From NCBI GenBank assembly GCA_964016885.1, contig OZ024744.1:18724001-18788000 (forward strand): a stretch of 64,000 bases of DNA, written 5' to 3'. The DNA is from Eledone cirrhosa (lineage: Eukaryota). The stretch's first letter is position 1; every line of letters begins with the position of its first letter. Positions 12,390 through 27,683 of this stretch are shown here, one piece after another. The position numbers and the translations under genes are program-made. The notes beneath the pieces were generated by a model. The model was not told the origin of the DNA. It searched no databases and saw only the letters and a program-made list of their open reading frames with translations.

Positions 12390-14060
12390 TGTGTATGTCA
12401 CTGTGTGTTTCTGTATGCCTGTGTCACTGTGTATATCAATGTGTGTTTCTGTATCTCTGTGTCACGGTGTATGTCACTGCATGTTTGTGTATGTCTGTGT
12501 GACTGTGTATGTCACTGTGTGTTTCTGTATGGCTGTGTCACTGTGTATGTCACTGTATCTTTGTGTATGTCTGTGTCACTGTGTATGTCACAGTGTGTTT
12601 CTGTATGTCTGTGTCACTGTATATGTCACTGTATGTTTCTGAATGTCTGTGTCACTGTGTATGTCACTGTGTGTTTCTGTATGTCTGTGTCACGGTGTAT
12701 GTCACTGTATGTTTGTGTGTGACTGTGTCACTGTGTATGTCACTGTGTGTTTGTGTATGTTTGTGTCACTGTAAGTTTCTGTATGTCTGTGTCACTGTGT
12801 ATGTCACTGTGTGTTTCTGGATGTCTGTGTCACTGTGTATGTCATTGTATCTTTGTGTATGTCTGTGTCACTGTGTATGTCACTGTATGTTTCTGTAAGT
12901 TTGTGTCACTGTGTATGTCACTGTATGTTTATGTATGTCTGTTTCACTGTGTATGTCACTGTGTCTTTATGTATGTCTGTGTCACTCTGTATGTCACTGT
13001 ATATTTATGTATGTCTGTGTCACTGTGTATGTCACTGTATGTTTCTGTATGTCTGTGTCACTGTGTATGTCACTGTATGCTTCTGTATGTCTGTGTCACT
13101 GTGTATGTCACTGTATCTTTGTGTATGTCTGTGTCCCTGTGTATGTCACTGTATGTTTCTGTATGTTTGTGTCACTGTGTATGTCACTGTGTGTTTCTGT
13201 ATGTCTGTGTCACTGTGTATGTCACTGTGTGTTTCTGTATGTTTGTGTCACTGTGTATGTCACTAAATGTTTGTGTGTGTCTGTGTCTCTGTGTATGTCA
13301 CTGTTTGTTTGCGTGTGTCTGTGTCACTGTGTATGTCACTGTGTGTTTCTATATGGCTGTGTGACTGTCTATGTCACTGTGTGTTTCTGTATGTTTGTGT
13401 CACTGTGTATGTCACTAAATGTTTGTGTGTGTCTGTGTCTCTGTGTATGTCACTGTTTGTTTGCGTGTGTCTGTGTCACTGTGTATGTCACTGTATGTTT
13501 CTGTATGTCTGTGTCACTTTGTATGTCACTGTGTGTTTCTGTATGTATGTGTCACCGTGTATGGCACTGTATCTTTGTGTATGCCTGTGTCACTGTGTAT
13601 GTCACTGTGTGTTTCTGTATGTTTGTGTCACTGTGTATGTCACTAAATGTTTGTGTGTGTCTGTGTCACTGTGTATGTCACTGTGTGTTTCTGTATGTCT
13701 GTGTGACTGTGTATGTCACTGTTTGTTTGTGTATGTCTGTGTCACTGTGTGTGTTTCTGTATGTCTGTGTCACTGTGTATGTCATTGCATCTTTGTGTAT
13801 GTCTGTCTCACTGTGTATGTCACTGTGTGTTTCTGCATGTCTGTGTCACTGTGTATGTCACTGTGTGTTTCTGTATGTATGTGTCACTGTGTATGTCACT
13901 GTATGTTTCTGTATGTCTCTTTCACTGTGTATATCACTGTGTGTTTCTGTATGTCTGTGTCACTGTATATGTCACTGTATCTTTGTGTATGCCTGTGTCA
14001 CTGTCTATGTCACTGTATGTTTCTGTATGTCTGTTTCACTGTGTATGTCACTGTATATTT
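12390..14060 (+). repeat. Copy of about 150..1820 at offset 12,238
   Basis: ORF pairs 271/12509, 509/12747, 673/12911, 1029/13267 and 1475/13713, with a few substitutions. Confidence 0.82.
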
Positions 14061-17000
14061 GTGTATGTCTGTGTCACTCTGTATGTCACTGTGTGTTTCT
14101 GTATGTCTGTGTCACTATGTATGCCACTGTATATTTGTGTTGTCTGTGTCATTGTGTATGTCACTGGGTGTTTCTGTATGTCTGTGTCACTGTGTATGAC
14201 ACTGTGTCTTTCTGTATGTATGTATCACTGTGTATGTCACTGTGTGTATCTGTATGTCGGTGTCACTGTGTAAGTCATTGTATCTTTGTGTATGTCTGTG
14301 GGACTCTGTATGTCGTTGTGTGTTTCTGTATGTATGTGTCTCTGTGTATGTCACTGTATATTTGTGTATGTATGTGTCACTGTGTATGTCACTGTATGTC
14401 TCTGTATGTCTGTGTCACTGTCTATGTCACTGTATCTTTGTGTATGTCTGTGTCACTGTGTATGTCACTGTGTGTTTCTGTATGTCTGTGTCACTGTGTA
14501 TGTCACAGTTTGTTTCTGTATATATGTGTCTCTGTGTATGTCACTGTAGTCTTGTGTATGTATGTGTCACTGTGTGTTTCTGTATGTCTGTGTCACTGTG
14601 TATGTCACTGTATGTTTCTGTATGTCTGTGTCACTGTGTATGTCACTGTTTGTTTCTGTATGTATGTGTCACTGTGTATGTCACCGTATGTGTGTGTATG
14701 TCTGTGTCACGGTGTATGTCACTGTATCTTAGTGTATGCCTGTGTCACAGTGTATGTCACTGTGAGTTTCTGTATGTCTGTGTCTCTGTGTATGTCACTG
14801 TATGTTTCTGTATGTCTGTGTCACTGTGTATATCACTGTGTGTTTCTGTATATCTGTGTCTCTGTGTATGTCACTGTATCTTTGTGTATGTCTGGGTCAC
14901 TGTGTATGTCACTGTATATTTGTGTATGTCTGTGTCACGGGGTATATCACTGTATGTTTGTGTATGTCTGTGTCACTGTGTATGTCACTGTGTGTTTCTG
15001 TATGTCTGTGTCACTGTGTATATCAATGTGTGTTTCTGTATCTCTGTGTCACGGTGTATGTCACTGCATGTTTGTGTATGTCTGTGTGACTGTGTATGTC
15101 ACTGTGTGTTTCTGTATGGCTGTGTCACTGTGTATGTCACTGTATCTTTGTGTATGTCTGTGTCACTGTGTATGTCACAGTGTGTTTCTGTATGTCTGTG
15201 TCACTGTATATGTCACTGTATGTTTCTGAATGTCTGTGTCACTGTGTATGTCACTGTGTGTTTCTGTATGTCTGTGTCACGGTGTATGTCACTGTATGTT
15301 TGTGTGTGACTGTGTCACTGTGTGTTTGTGTATGTCTGTGTCACTGTAAGTTTCTGTATGTCTGTGTCACTGTGTATGTCACTGTGTGTTTCTGGATGTC
15401 TGTGTCACTGTGTATGTCATTGTATCTTTGTGTATGTCTGTGTCACTGTGTATGTCACTGTATGTTTCTGTAAGTTTGTGTCACTGTGTATGTCACTATG
15501 TGTTTCTGTATGTCTGTGTCTCTGTGTATGTCACTGTATGTTTCTGTATGTCTGTTTCACTGTGTATGTCACTGTGTCTTTATGTATGTCTGTGTCACTC
15601 TGTATGTCACTGTATATTTCTGTATGTCTGTGTCACTGTGTATATCACTGTATGTTTCTGTATGTCTGTGTCACTGTGTATGTCACTGTGTGTTTCTGTA
15701 TGGCTGTGTCACTGTGTATGTCACTGTATCTGAGTGTATGTCTGTGTCACTGTGTATGTCACAGTGTGTTTCTGTATGTCTGTGTCACTGTCTATGTCAC
15801 TGTATGTTTCTGAATGGCTGTGTCACTGTGTATGTCACTGTGTGTTTGTGTATGTCTGTGTCACTGTATGTTTCTGTATGTATGTGTCACTGTGTATGTC
15901 ACTGTGTGTTTCTGTATGTCTGTGTCACTGTGTATGACATTGTATCTTTGTGTATGTCTGTGTCACTGTGTATGTCACTGTATGTTTCTGTATGTTTGTG
16001 TCACTGTGTATGTCACTGTGTGTTTCTGTATGTCTGTGTCACTCTGTATGTCACTGTATATTTCTGTATGTCTGTGTCACTGTGTATGTCACTGTATGTT
16101 TCTGTATGTGTGTGTCACTGTGTATGTCACTGTATGCTTATGTATGTCTGTGTCACTGTGTATGTCACTGTATCTTTGTGTATGTCTGTGTCCCTGTGTA
16201 TGTCACTGTATGTTTCTGTATGTTTGTGTCACTGTGTATGTCACTGTGTGTTTCTGTATGTCTGTGTCACTGTGTATGTCACTGTGTGTTTCTGTATGTT
16301 TGTGTTACTGTGTATGTCACTAAATGTTTGTGTGTGTCTGTGTCTCTGTGTATGTCACTGTTTGTTTGCGTGTGTCTGTGTCACTGTGTATGCCACTGTG
16401 TGTTTCTGTATGTCACTGTGTGTTTGTGCATGTCTGTGTCACTGTATCTTTGTGTATGCCTGTGTCACTGTGTATGTCACTGTGTGTTTCTGTATGTTTG
16501 TGTCACTGTGTATGTCACTAAATGTTTGTGTGTGTCTGTGTCACTGTGTATGTCACTGTGTGTTTCTGTATGTCTGTGTGACTGTGTATGTGACTGTTTG
16601 TTTCTGTATGTCTGTGTCACTGTGTATGTCACTGTGTGTTTCTGTATGTCTGTGTCACTGTGTATGTCACTGTATGTTTCTGTATGTCTGTTTCACTGTG
16701 TATATCACTGTGTGTTTCTGTATGTCTGTGTCACTGTATACGTCACTGTATCTTTGTGTATGCCTGTGTCACTGTCTATGTCTCTGTATGTTTCTGTATG
16801 TCTGTGTCACTATGTATGCCACTGTATATTTGTGTTGTCTGTGTCATTGTGTATGTCACTGGGTGTTTCTGTATGTCTGTGTCACTGTGTATGACACTGT
16901 GTCTTTCTGTATGTATGTATCACTGTGTATGTCACTGTGTGTATCTGTATGTCTGTGTCACTGTGTAAGTTATTGTATCTTTGTGTATGTCTGTGGCACT

Positions 17001-17910
17001 CTGTATGTCGTTGTGTGTTTCTGTATGTATGTGTCTCTGTGTATGTCACTGTATATTTGTGTATGTATGTGTCACTGTGTATGTCACTGTGAGTTTCTCT
17101 ATGTCTGTGTCACTGTGTATATCAATGTGTGTTTCTGTATGTCTGTGTCACTGTATATGTCACTGTATCTTTGTGTATGCCTGTGTCACTGTCTATGTCT
17201 CTGTATGTTTCTGTATGTCTGTGTCACTATGTATGCCACTGTATATTTATGTTGTCTGTGTTATTGTGTATGTCACTGGGTGTTTCTGTATGTCTGTGTC
17301 ACTGTGTAAGTCATTGTATCTTTGTGTATGTCTGTGGCACTCTGTATGTCGTTGTGTGTTTCTGTATGTATGTGTCTCTGTGTATGTCACTGTATATTTG
17401 TGTATGTATGTGTCACTGTGTATGTCACTGTGAGTTTCTCTATGTCTGTGTCACTGTGTATGTCACTGTATGTCTCTGTATGTCTGTGTCACTGTCTATG
17501 TCACTGTATCTTTGTGTATGTCTGTGTCAACATGTATGTCACTGTGTGTTTATGTATTTCTGTGTCTCTGTGTATGCCACTGTATCTTTGTGTATGTCTG
17601 CGGCACTGTGTATGTCACTGTGTGTTTCTGTGTGTCTGTGTCTCTGTGTATGTCACTGTATGTTTCTGTATGTCTGTTTCACTGTGTATGTCACTGTGTC
17701 TTTATGTATGTCTGTGTCACTCTGTATGTCACTGTATATTTATGTATGTCTGTGTCACTGTGTATATCACTGTATGTTTCTGTATGTCTGTGTCACTGTG
17801 TATGTCACTGTGTGTTTCTGTATGGCTGTGTCACTGTGTATGTCACTGTATCTTTGTGTATGTCTGTGTCACTGTGTATGTCACAGTGTGTTTCTGTATG
17901 TCTGTGTCAC

Positions 17911-20900
17911 TGTCTATGTCACTGTATGTTTCTGAATGTCTGTGTCAGTGTGTATGTCACTGTGTGTTTGTGTATGTCTGTGTCACTGTATGTTTCTGTA
18001 TGTCTGTGTCACTGTGTATGTCACTGTGTGTTTCTGTATGTCTGTGTCACTGTGTATGACATTGTATCTTTGTGTATGTCTGTGTCACTGTGTATGTCAC
18101 TGTATGTTTCTGTATGTTTGTGTCACTGTGTATGTCACTGTGTGTTTCTGTATGTTTGTGTCTCTGTGTATGTCACTGTATGTTTCTGTATGTCTGTTTC
18201 ACTGTGTATGTCACTGTGTCTTTATGTATGTCTGTGTCACTCTGTATGTCACTGTATATTTCTGTATGTCTGTGTCACTGTGTATGTCACTGTATGTTTC
18301 TGTATGTCTGTGTCACTGTGTATGTCACTGTATGCTTCTGTATGTCTGTGTCACTGTGTATGTCACTGTATCTTTGTGTATGTCTGTGTCCCTGTGTATG
18401 TCACTGTATGTTTCTGTATGTTTGTGTCACTGTGTATGTCACTGTGTGTTTCTGTATGTCTGTGTCACTGTGTATGTCACTGTGTGTTTCTGTATGTTTG
18501 TGTCACTGTGTATGTCACTAAATGTTTGTGTGTGTCTGTGTCTCTGTGTATGTCACTGTTTGTTTGCGTGTGTCTGTGTCACTGTGTATGTCACTGTGTG
18601 TTTCTGTATGTCTGTGTGACTGTCTATGTCACTGTGTGTTTCTGTATGTTTGTGTCACTGTGTATGTCACTAAATGTTTGTGTGTGTCTGTGTCTCTGTG
18701 TATGTCACTGTTTGTTTGCGTGTGTCTGTGTCACTGTGTATGTCACTGTATGTTTCTGTATGTCTGTGTCACTTTGTATGTCACTGTGTGTTTCTGTATG
18801 TATGTGTCACCGTGTATGTCACTCTATCTTTGTGTATGCCTGTGTCACTGTGTATGTCACTGTGTGTTTCTGTATGTTTGTGTCACTGTGTATGTCACTA
18901 AATGTTTGTGTGTGTCTGTGTCACTGTGTATGTCACTGTGTGTTTCTGTATGTCTGTGTGACTGTATATGTCACTGTTTGTTTGTGTATGTCTGTGTCAC
19001 TGTGTGTGTTTCTGTATGTCTGTGTCACTGTGTATGTCATTGCATCTTTGTGTATGTCTGTCTCACTGTGTATGTCACTGTGTGTTTCTGCATGTCTGTG
19101 TCACTGTGTATGTCACTGTGTGTTTCTGTATGTCTGTGTCACTGTGTATGTCACTGTATGTTTCTGTATGTCTCTTTCACTGTGTATATCACTGTGTGTT
19201 TCTGTATGTCTGTGTCACTGTATATGTCACTGTATCTTTGTGTATGCCTGTGTCACTGTCTATGTCACTGTATGTTTCTGTATGTCTGTTTCACTGTGTA
19301 TGTCACTGTATATTTGTGTATGTCTGTGTCACTCTGTATGTCACTGTGTGTTTCTGTATGTATGTGTCACTATGTATGCCACTGTATATTTGTGTTGTCT
19401 GTGTCATTGTGTATGTCACTGGGTGTTTTTGTATGTCTGTGTCACTGTGTATGACACTGTGTCTTTCTGTATGTATGTATCACTGTGTATGTCACTGTGT
19501 GTATCTGTATGTCGGTGTCACTGTGTAAGTCATTGTATCTTTGTGTATGTCTGTGGCACTCTGTATGTCGTTGTGTGTTTCTGTATGTATGTGTCTCTGT
19601 GTATGTCACTGTATATTTGTGTGTGTATGTGTCACTGTGTATGTCACTGTGAGTTTCTCTATGTCTGTGTCACTGTGTATGTCACTGTATGTCTCTGTAT
19701 GTCTGTGTCACTGTCTATGTCACTGTATCTTTGTGTATGTCTGTGTCACTGTGTATGTCACTGTGTGTTTCTGTATGTCTGTGTCACTGTGTATGTCACA
19801 GTTTGTTTCTGTATATATGTGTCTCTGTGTATGTCACTGTAGTTTTGTGTATGTATGTGTCACTGTGTGTTTCTGTATGTCTGTGTCACTGTGTATGTCA
19901 CTGTATGTTTCTGTATGTCTGTGTCACTGTGTATGTCACTGTTTGTTTCTGTATGTATGTGTCACTGTGTATGTCACCGTATGTGTGTGTATGTCTGTGT
20001 CACGGTGTATGTCACTGTATCTTAGTGTATGCCTGTGTCACTGTGTATGTCACTGTGAGTTTCTGTATGTCTGTGTCTCTGTGTATGTCACTGTATGTTT
20101 CTGTATGTCTGTGTCACTGTGTATATCACTGTGTGTTTCTGTATATCTGTGTCTCTGTGTATGTCACTGTATCTTTGTGTATGTCTGGGTCACTGTGTAT
20201 GTCACTGTATATTTGTGTATGTCTGTGTCACGGTGTATATCACTGTATGTTTGTGTATGTTTGTGTCACTGTGTATGTCACTGTGTGTTTCTGTATGTCT
20301 GTGTCACTGTGTATATCAATGTGTGTTTCTGTATCTCTGTGTCACGGTGTATGTCACTGCATGTTTGTGTATGTCTGTGTGACTGTGTATGTCACTGTGT
20401 GTTTCTGTATGGCTGTGTCACTGTGTATGTCACTGTATCTTTGTGTATGTCTGTGTCACTGTGTATGTCACAGTGTGTTTCTGTATGTCTGTGTCACTGT
20501 ATATGTCACTGTATTTTTCTGAATGTATGTGTCACTGTGTATGTCACTGTGTGTTTCTGTATGTCTGTGTCACGGTGTATGTCACTGTATGTTTGTGTGT
20601 GACTGTGTCACTGTGTGTTTGTGTATGTCTGTGTCACTGTAAGTTTCTGTATGTATGTGTCACTGTGTATGTCACTGTGTGTTTCTGGATGTCTGTGTCA
20701 CTGTGTATGTCATTGTATCTTTGTGTATGTCTGTGTCACTGTGTATGTCACTGTATGTTTCTGTAAGTTTGTGTCACTGTGTATGTCACTGTGTGTTTCT
20801 GTATGTCTGTGTCTCTGTGTATGTCACTGTATGTTTCTGTATGTCTGTTTCACTGTGTATGTCACTGTGTCTTTATGTATGTCTGTGTCACTCTGTATGT

Positions 20901-23900
20901 CACTGTATATTTCTGTATGTCTGTGTCACTGTGTATATCACTGTATGTTTCTGTATGTCTGTGTCACTATCTATGTCACTGTATGTTTCTAAATGGCTGT
21001 GTCACTGTGTATGTCACTGTGTGTTTGTGTATGTCTGTGTCACTGTATGTGTCTGTATGTATGTGTCACTGTGTATGTCACTGTGTGTTTCTGTATGTCT
21101 GTGTCACTGTGTATGACATTGTATCTTTGTGTATGTCTGTGTCACTGTGTATGTCACTGTATGTTTCTGTATGTTTGTGTCACTGTGTATGTCACTGTGT
21201 GTTTCTGTATGTTTGTGTCTCTGTGTATGTCACTGTATGTTTCTGTATGTCTGTTTCACTGTGTATGTCACTGTGTCTTTATGTATGTCTGTGTCACTCT
21301 GTATGTCACTGTATATTTCTGTATGTCTGTGTCACTGTGTATGTCACTGTATGTTTCTGTATGTATGTGTCACTGTGTATGTCACTGTATGCTTATGTAT
21401 GTCTGTGTCACTGTGTATGTCACTGTATCTTTGTGTATGTCTGTGTCCCTGTGTATGTCACTGTATGTTTCTGTATGTTTGTGTCACTGTGTATGTCACT
21501 GTGTGTTTCTGTATGTCTGTGTCACTGTGTATGTCACTAAATGTTTGTGTGTGTCTGTGTCTCTGTGTATGTCACTGTTTGTTTGCGTGTGTCTGTGTCA
21601 CTGTGTATGCCACTGTGTGTTTCTGTATGTCACTGTGTGTTTGTGCATGTCTGTGTCACTGTATGTTTCTGTATGTCTGTGTCACTGTGTATATCACTGT
21701 GTGTTTCTGTATGTATGTGTCACCGTGTATGTCACTGTATATTTGTGTATGCCTGTGTCACTGTGTATGTCACTGTGTGTTTCTGTATGTTTGTGTCACT
21801 GTGTATGTCACTAAATGTTTGTGTGTGTCTGTGTCACTGTGTATGTCACTGTGTGTTTCTGTATGTCTGTGTGACTGTGTATGTGACTGTTTGTTTCTGC
21901 ATGTCTGTGTCACTGTGTATGTCACTGTGTGTTTCTGTATGTCTGTGTCACTGTGTATGTCACTGTATGTTTCTGTATGTCTGTTTCACTGTGTATATCA
22001 CTGTGTGTTTCTGTATGTCTGTGTCACTGTATACGTCACTGTATCTTTGTGTATGCCTGTGTCACTGTCTATGTCTCTGTATGTTTCTGTATGTCTGTGT
22101 CACTATGTATGCCACTGTATATTTGTGTTGTCTGTGTCATTGTGTATGTCACTGGGTGTTTCTGTATGTCTGTGTCACTGTGTATGACACTGTGTCTTTC
22201 TGTATGTATGTATCACTGTGTATGTCACTGTTTGTATCTGTATGTCTGTGTCACTGTGTAAGTCATTGTATCTTTGTGTATGTCTGTGGCACTCTGTATG
22301 TCGTTGTGTGTTTCTGTATGTATGTGTCTCTGTGTATGTCACTGTATATTTGTGTATGTATGTGTCACTGTGTATGTCACTGTGAGTTTCTCTATGTCTG
22401 TGTCACTGTGTATATCAATGTGTGTTTCTGTATGTCTGTGTCACTGTATATGTCACTGTATCTTTGTGTATGCCTGTGTCACTGTCTATGTCTCTGTATG
22501 TTTCTGTATGTCTGTGTCACTATGTATGCCACTGTATATTTATGTTGTCTGTGTCATTGTGTATGTCACTGGGTGTTTCTGTATGTCTGTGTCACTGTGT
22601 ATGACACTGTGTCTTTCTGTATGTATGTATCACTGTGTATGTCACTGTGTGTATCTGTATGTCTGTGTCACTGTGTAAGTCATTGTATCTTTGTGTATGT
22701 CTGTGGCACTCTGTATGTCGTTGTGTGTTTCTGTATGTATGTGTCTCTGTGTATGTCACTGTATATTTGTGTATGTATGTGTCACTGTGTATGTCACTGT
22801 GAGTTTCTCTATGTCTGTGTCACTGTGTATGTCACTGTATGTCTCTGTATGTCTGTGTCACTGTCTATGTCACTGTATCTTTGTGTATGTCTGTGTCAAC
22901 ATGTATGTCACTGTGTGTTTATGTATTTCTGTGTCTCTGTGTATGCCACTGTATCTTTGTGTATGTCTGCGGCACTGTGTATGTCACTGTGTGTTTCTGT
23001 GTGTCTGTGTCTCTGTGTATGTCACTGTATGTTTCTGTATGTCTGTTTCACTGTGTATGTCACTGTGTCTTTATGTATGTCTGTGTCACTCTGTATGTCA
23101 CTGTATATTTCTGTATGTCTGTGTCACTGTGTATATCACTGTATGTTTCTGTATGTCTGTGTCACTGTGTATGTCACTGTGTGTTTCTGTATGGCTGTGT
23201 CACTGTGTATGTCACTGTATCTTTGTGTATGTCTGTGTCACTGTGTATGTCACAGTGTGTTTCTGTATGTCTGTGTCACTGTCTATGTCACTGTATGTTT
23301 CTGAATGTCTGTGTCAGTGTGTATGTCACTGTGTGTTTGTGTATGTCTGTGTCACTGTATGTTTCTGTATATCTGTGTCACTGTGTATGTCACTGTGTGT
23401 TTCTGTATGTCTGTGTCACTGTGTATGACATTGTATCTTTGTGTATGTCTGTGTCACTGTGTATGTCACTGTATGTTTCTGTATGTTTGTGTCACTGTGT
23501 ATGTCACTGTGTGTTTCTGTATGTTTGTGTCTCTGTGTATGTCACTGTATGTTTCTGTATGTCTGTTTCACTGTGTATGTCACTGTGTCTTTATGTATGT
23601 CTGTGTCACTCTGTATGTCACTGTATATTTCTGTATGTCTGTGTCACTGTGTATGTCACTGTATGTTTCTGTATGTCTGTGTCACTGTGTATGTCACTGT
23701 ATGCTTCTGTATGTCTGTGTCACTGTGTATGTCACTGTATCTTTGTGTATGTCTGTGTCCCTGTGTATGTCACTGTATGTTTCTGTATGTTTGTGTCACT
23801 GTGTATGTCACTGTGTGTTTCTGTATGTCTGTGTCACTGTGTATGTCACTGTGTGTTTCTGTATGTTTGTGTCACTGTGTATGTCACTAAATGTTTGTGT

Positions 23901-24530
23901 GTGCCTGTGTCTCTGTGTATGTCACTGTTTGTTTGCGTGTGTCTGTGTCACTGTGTATGTCACTGTGTGTTTCTGTATGTCTGTGTGACTGTCTATGTCA
24001 CTGTGTGTTTCTGTATGTTTGTGTCACTGTGTATGTCACTAAATGTTTGTGTGTGTCTGTGTCTCTGTGTATGTCACTGTTTGTTTGCGTGTGTCTGTGT
24101 CACTGTGTATGTCACTGTATGTTTCTGTATGTCTGTGTCACTTTGTATGTCACTGTGTGTTTCTGTATGTATGTGTCACCGTGTATGTCACTGTATCTTT
24201 GTGTATGCCTGTGTCACTGTGTATGTCACTGTGTGTTTCTGTATGTTTGTGTCACTGTGTATGTCACTAAATGTTTGTGTGTGTCTGTGTCACTGTGTAT
24301 GTCACTGTGTGTTTCTGTATGTCTGTGTGACTGTGTATGTCACTGTTTGTTTGTGTATGTCTGTGTCACTGTGTGTGTTTCTGTATGTCTGTGTCATTGT
24401 GTATGTCATTGCATCTTTGTGTATGTCTGTCTCACTGTGTATGTCACTGTGTGTTTCTGCATGTCTGTGTCACTGTGTATGTCACTGTGTGTTTCTGTAT
24501 GTCTGTGTCACTGTGTATGTCACTGTATGT
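17911..24530 (+). repeat. Higher-order duplication block B, copy 2
   Basis: Matches about 5040..11658. The offset is 12,871 before the private 1-bp deletion at about 5341 and 12,872 after it. Confidence 0.9.
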
Positions 24531-27500
24531 TTCTGTATGTCTCTTTCACTGTGTATATCACTGTGTGTTTCTGTATGTCTGTGTCACTGTATATGTCACT
24601 GTATCTTTGTGTATGCCTGTGTCACTGTCTATGTCACTGTATGTTTCTGTATGTCTGTTTCACTGTGTATGTCACTGTATATTTGTGTATGTCTGTGTCA
24701 CTCTGTATGTCACTGTGTGTTTCTGTATGTCTGTGTCACTATGTATGCCACTGTATATTTGTGTTGTCTGTGTCATTGTGTATGTCACTGGGTGTTTCTG
24801 TATGTCTGTGTCACTGTGTATGACACTGTGTCTTTCTGTATGTATGTATCACTGTGTATGTCACTGTGTGTATCTGTATGTCGGTGTCACTGTGTAAGTC
24901 ATTGTATCTTTGTGTATGTCTGTGGCACTCTGTATGTCGTTGTGTGTTTCTGTATGTATGTGTCTCTGTGTATGTCACTGTATATTTGTGTATGTATGTG
25001 TCACTGTGTATGTCACTGTGAGTTTCTCTATGTCTGTGTCACTGTGTATGTCACTGTATGTCTCTGTATGTCTGTGTCACTGTCTATGTCACTGTATCTT
25101 TGTGTATGTCTGTGTCACTGTGTATGTCACTGTGTGTTTCTGTATGTCTGTGTCACTGTGTATGTCACAGTTTGTTTCTGTATATATGTGTCTCTGTGTA
25201 TGTCACTGTAGTTTTGTGTATGTCTGTGTCACTGTGTGTTTCTGTATGTCTGTGTCACTGTGTATGTCACTGTATGTTTCTGTATGTCTGTGTCACTGTG
25301 TATGTCACTGTTTGTTTCTGTATGTATGCGTCACTGTGTATGTCATCGTATGTGTGTGTATGTCTGTGTCACGGTGTATGTCACTGTATCTTAGTGTATG
25401 CCTGTGTCACTGTGTATGTCACTGTGAGTTTCTGTATGTCTGTGTCTCTGTGTATGTCACTGTATCTTTGTGCATGTATGTGTCACTGTGTATGTCACTG
25501 TATGTTTCTGTATGTCTGTGTCACTGTGTATATCACTGTGTGTTTCTGTATATCTGTGTCTCTGTGTATGTCACTGTATCTTTGTGTATGTCTGGGTCAC
25601 TGTGTATGTCACTGTATATTTGTGTATGTCTGTGTCACGGTGTATATCACTGTATGTTTGTGTATGTCTGTGTCACTGTGTATGTCACTGTGTGTTTCTG
25701 TATGTCTGTGTCACTGTGTATATCAATGTGTGTTTCTGTATCTCTGTGTCACGGTGTATGTCACTGCATGTTTGTGTATGTCTGTGTGACTGTGTATGTC
25801 ACTGTGTGTTTCTGTATGGCTGTGTCACTGTGTATGTCACTGTATCTTTGTGTATGTCTGTGTCACTGTGTATGTCACAGTGTGTTTCTGTATGTCTGTG
25901 TCACTGTATATGTCACTGTATGTTTCTGAATGTCTGTGTCACTGTGTATGTCACTGTGTGTTTCTGTATGTCTGTGTCACGGTGTATGTCACTGTATGTT
26001 TGTGTGTGACCCTGTCACTGTGTATGTCACTGTGTGTTTCTGTATGTCTGTGTGACTGTGTATGTGACTGTTTGTTTCTGCATGTCTGTGTCACTGTGTA
26101 TGTCACTGTGTGTTTCTATATGTCTGTGTCACTGTGTATGTCACTGTATGTTTCTGTATGTCTGTTTCACTGTGTATATCACTGTGTGTTTCTGTATGTC
26201 TGTGTCACTGTATATGTCACTGTATCTTTGTGTATGCCTGTGTCACTGTCTATGTCTCTGTATGTTTCTGTATGTCTGTGTCACTATGTATGCCACTGTA
26301 TATTTGTGTTGTCTGTGTCATTGTGTATGTCACTGGGTGTTTCTGTATGTCTGTGTCACTGTGTATGACACTGTGTCTTTCTGTATGTATGTATCACTGT
26401 GTATGTCACTGTGTGTATCTGTATGTCTGTGTCACTGTGTAAGTCATTGTATCTTTGTGTATGTCTGTGGCACTCTGTATGTCGTTGTGTGTTTCTGTAT
26501 GTATGTGTCTCTGTGTATGTCACTGTATATTTGTGTATGTATGTGTCACTGTGTATGTCACTGTGAGTTTCTGTATATATGTGTCTCTGTGTATGTCACT
26601 GTATGTTTGTGTGTGTCTGTGTCACTGTGTATGTCACTGTGTGTTTGTGTACGTCTGTGTCACTGTGTATGTCACCGTATGTGTGTGTATGTCTGTGTCA
26701 CGGTGTGTGTCACTGTATCTTTGTGTATGCCTGTGTCACTGTGTATGTCACTGTGTGTTTCTGTCTGTCTGTGTCACTGTTTATGTCACTGTATGTTTGT
26801 GTGTGTCTGTGTCACTGTGTATGTCAATGTCTATGTGTGTTTCTGTATGTCTGTGTCTCTGTGTATGTCACTGTATCTTTGTGTATGTCTGTGTCACTCT
26901 GTATGTCACTGTGTGTTTCTGTATGTCTGTGTCACTATGTATGCCACTGTATATTTGTGTTGTCTGTGTCATTGTGTATGTCACTGGGTGTTTCTGTATG
27001 TCTGTGTCACTGTGTATGACACTGTGTCTTTCTGTATGTATGTATCACTGTGTATGTCACTGTGTGTATCTGTATGTCGGTGTCACTGTGTAAGTCATTG
27101 TATCTTTGTGTATGTCTGTGGCACTCTGTATGTCGTTGTGTGTTTCTGTATGTATGTGTCTCTGTGTATGTCACTGTATATTTGTGTATGTATGTGTCAC
27201 TGTGTATGTCACTGTGAGTTTCTCTATGTCTGTGTCACTGTGTATGTCACTGTATGTCTATGTATGTCTGTGTCACTGTCTATGTCACTGTATCTTTGTG
27301 TATGTCTGTGTCACTGTGTATGTCACTGTGTGTTTCTGTATTTCTGTGTCACTGTGTATGTCACAGTTTGTTTCTGTATATATGTGTCTCTGTGTATGTC
27401 ACTGTAGTTTTGTGTATGTCTGTGTCACTGTGTATTTCTGTATGTCTGTGTCACTGTGTATGTCACTGTATGTTTCTGTATGTCTGTGTCACTGTGTATG

Positions 27501-27683
27501 TCACTGTTTGTTTCTGTATGTATGCGTCACTGTGTATGTCACCGTATGTGTGTGTATGTCTGTGTCACGGTGTATGTCACTGTATCTTAGTGTATGCCTG
27601 TGTCACTGTGTATGTCACTGTGAGTTTCTGTATGTCTGTGTCTCTGTGTATGTCACTGTATCTTTGTGCATGTATGTGTCACT

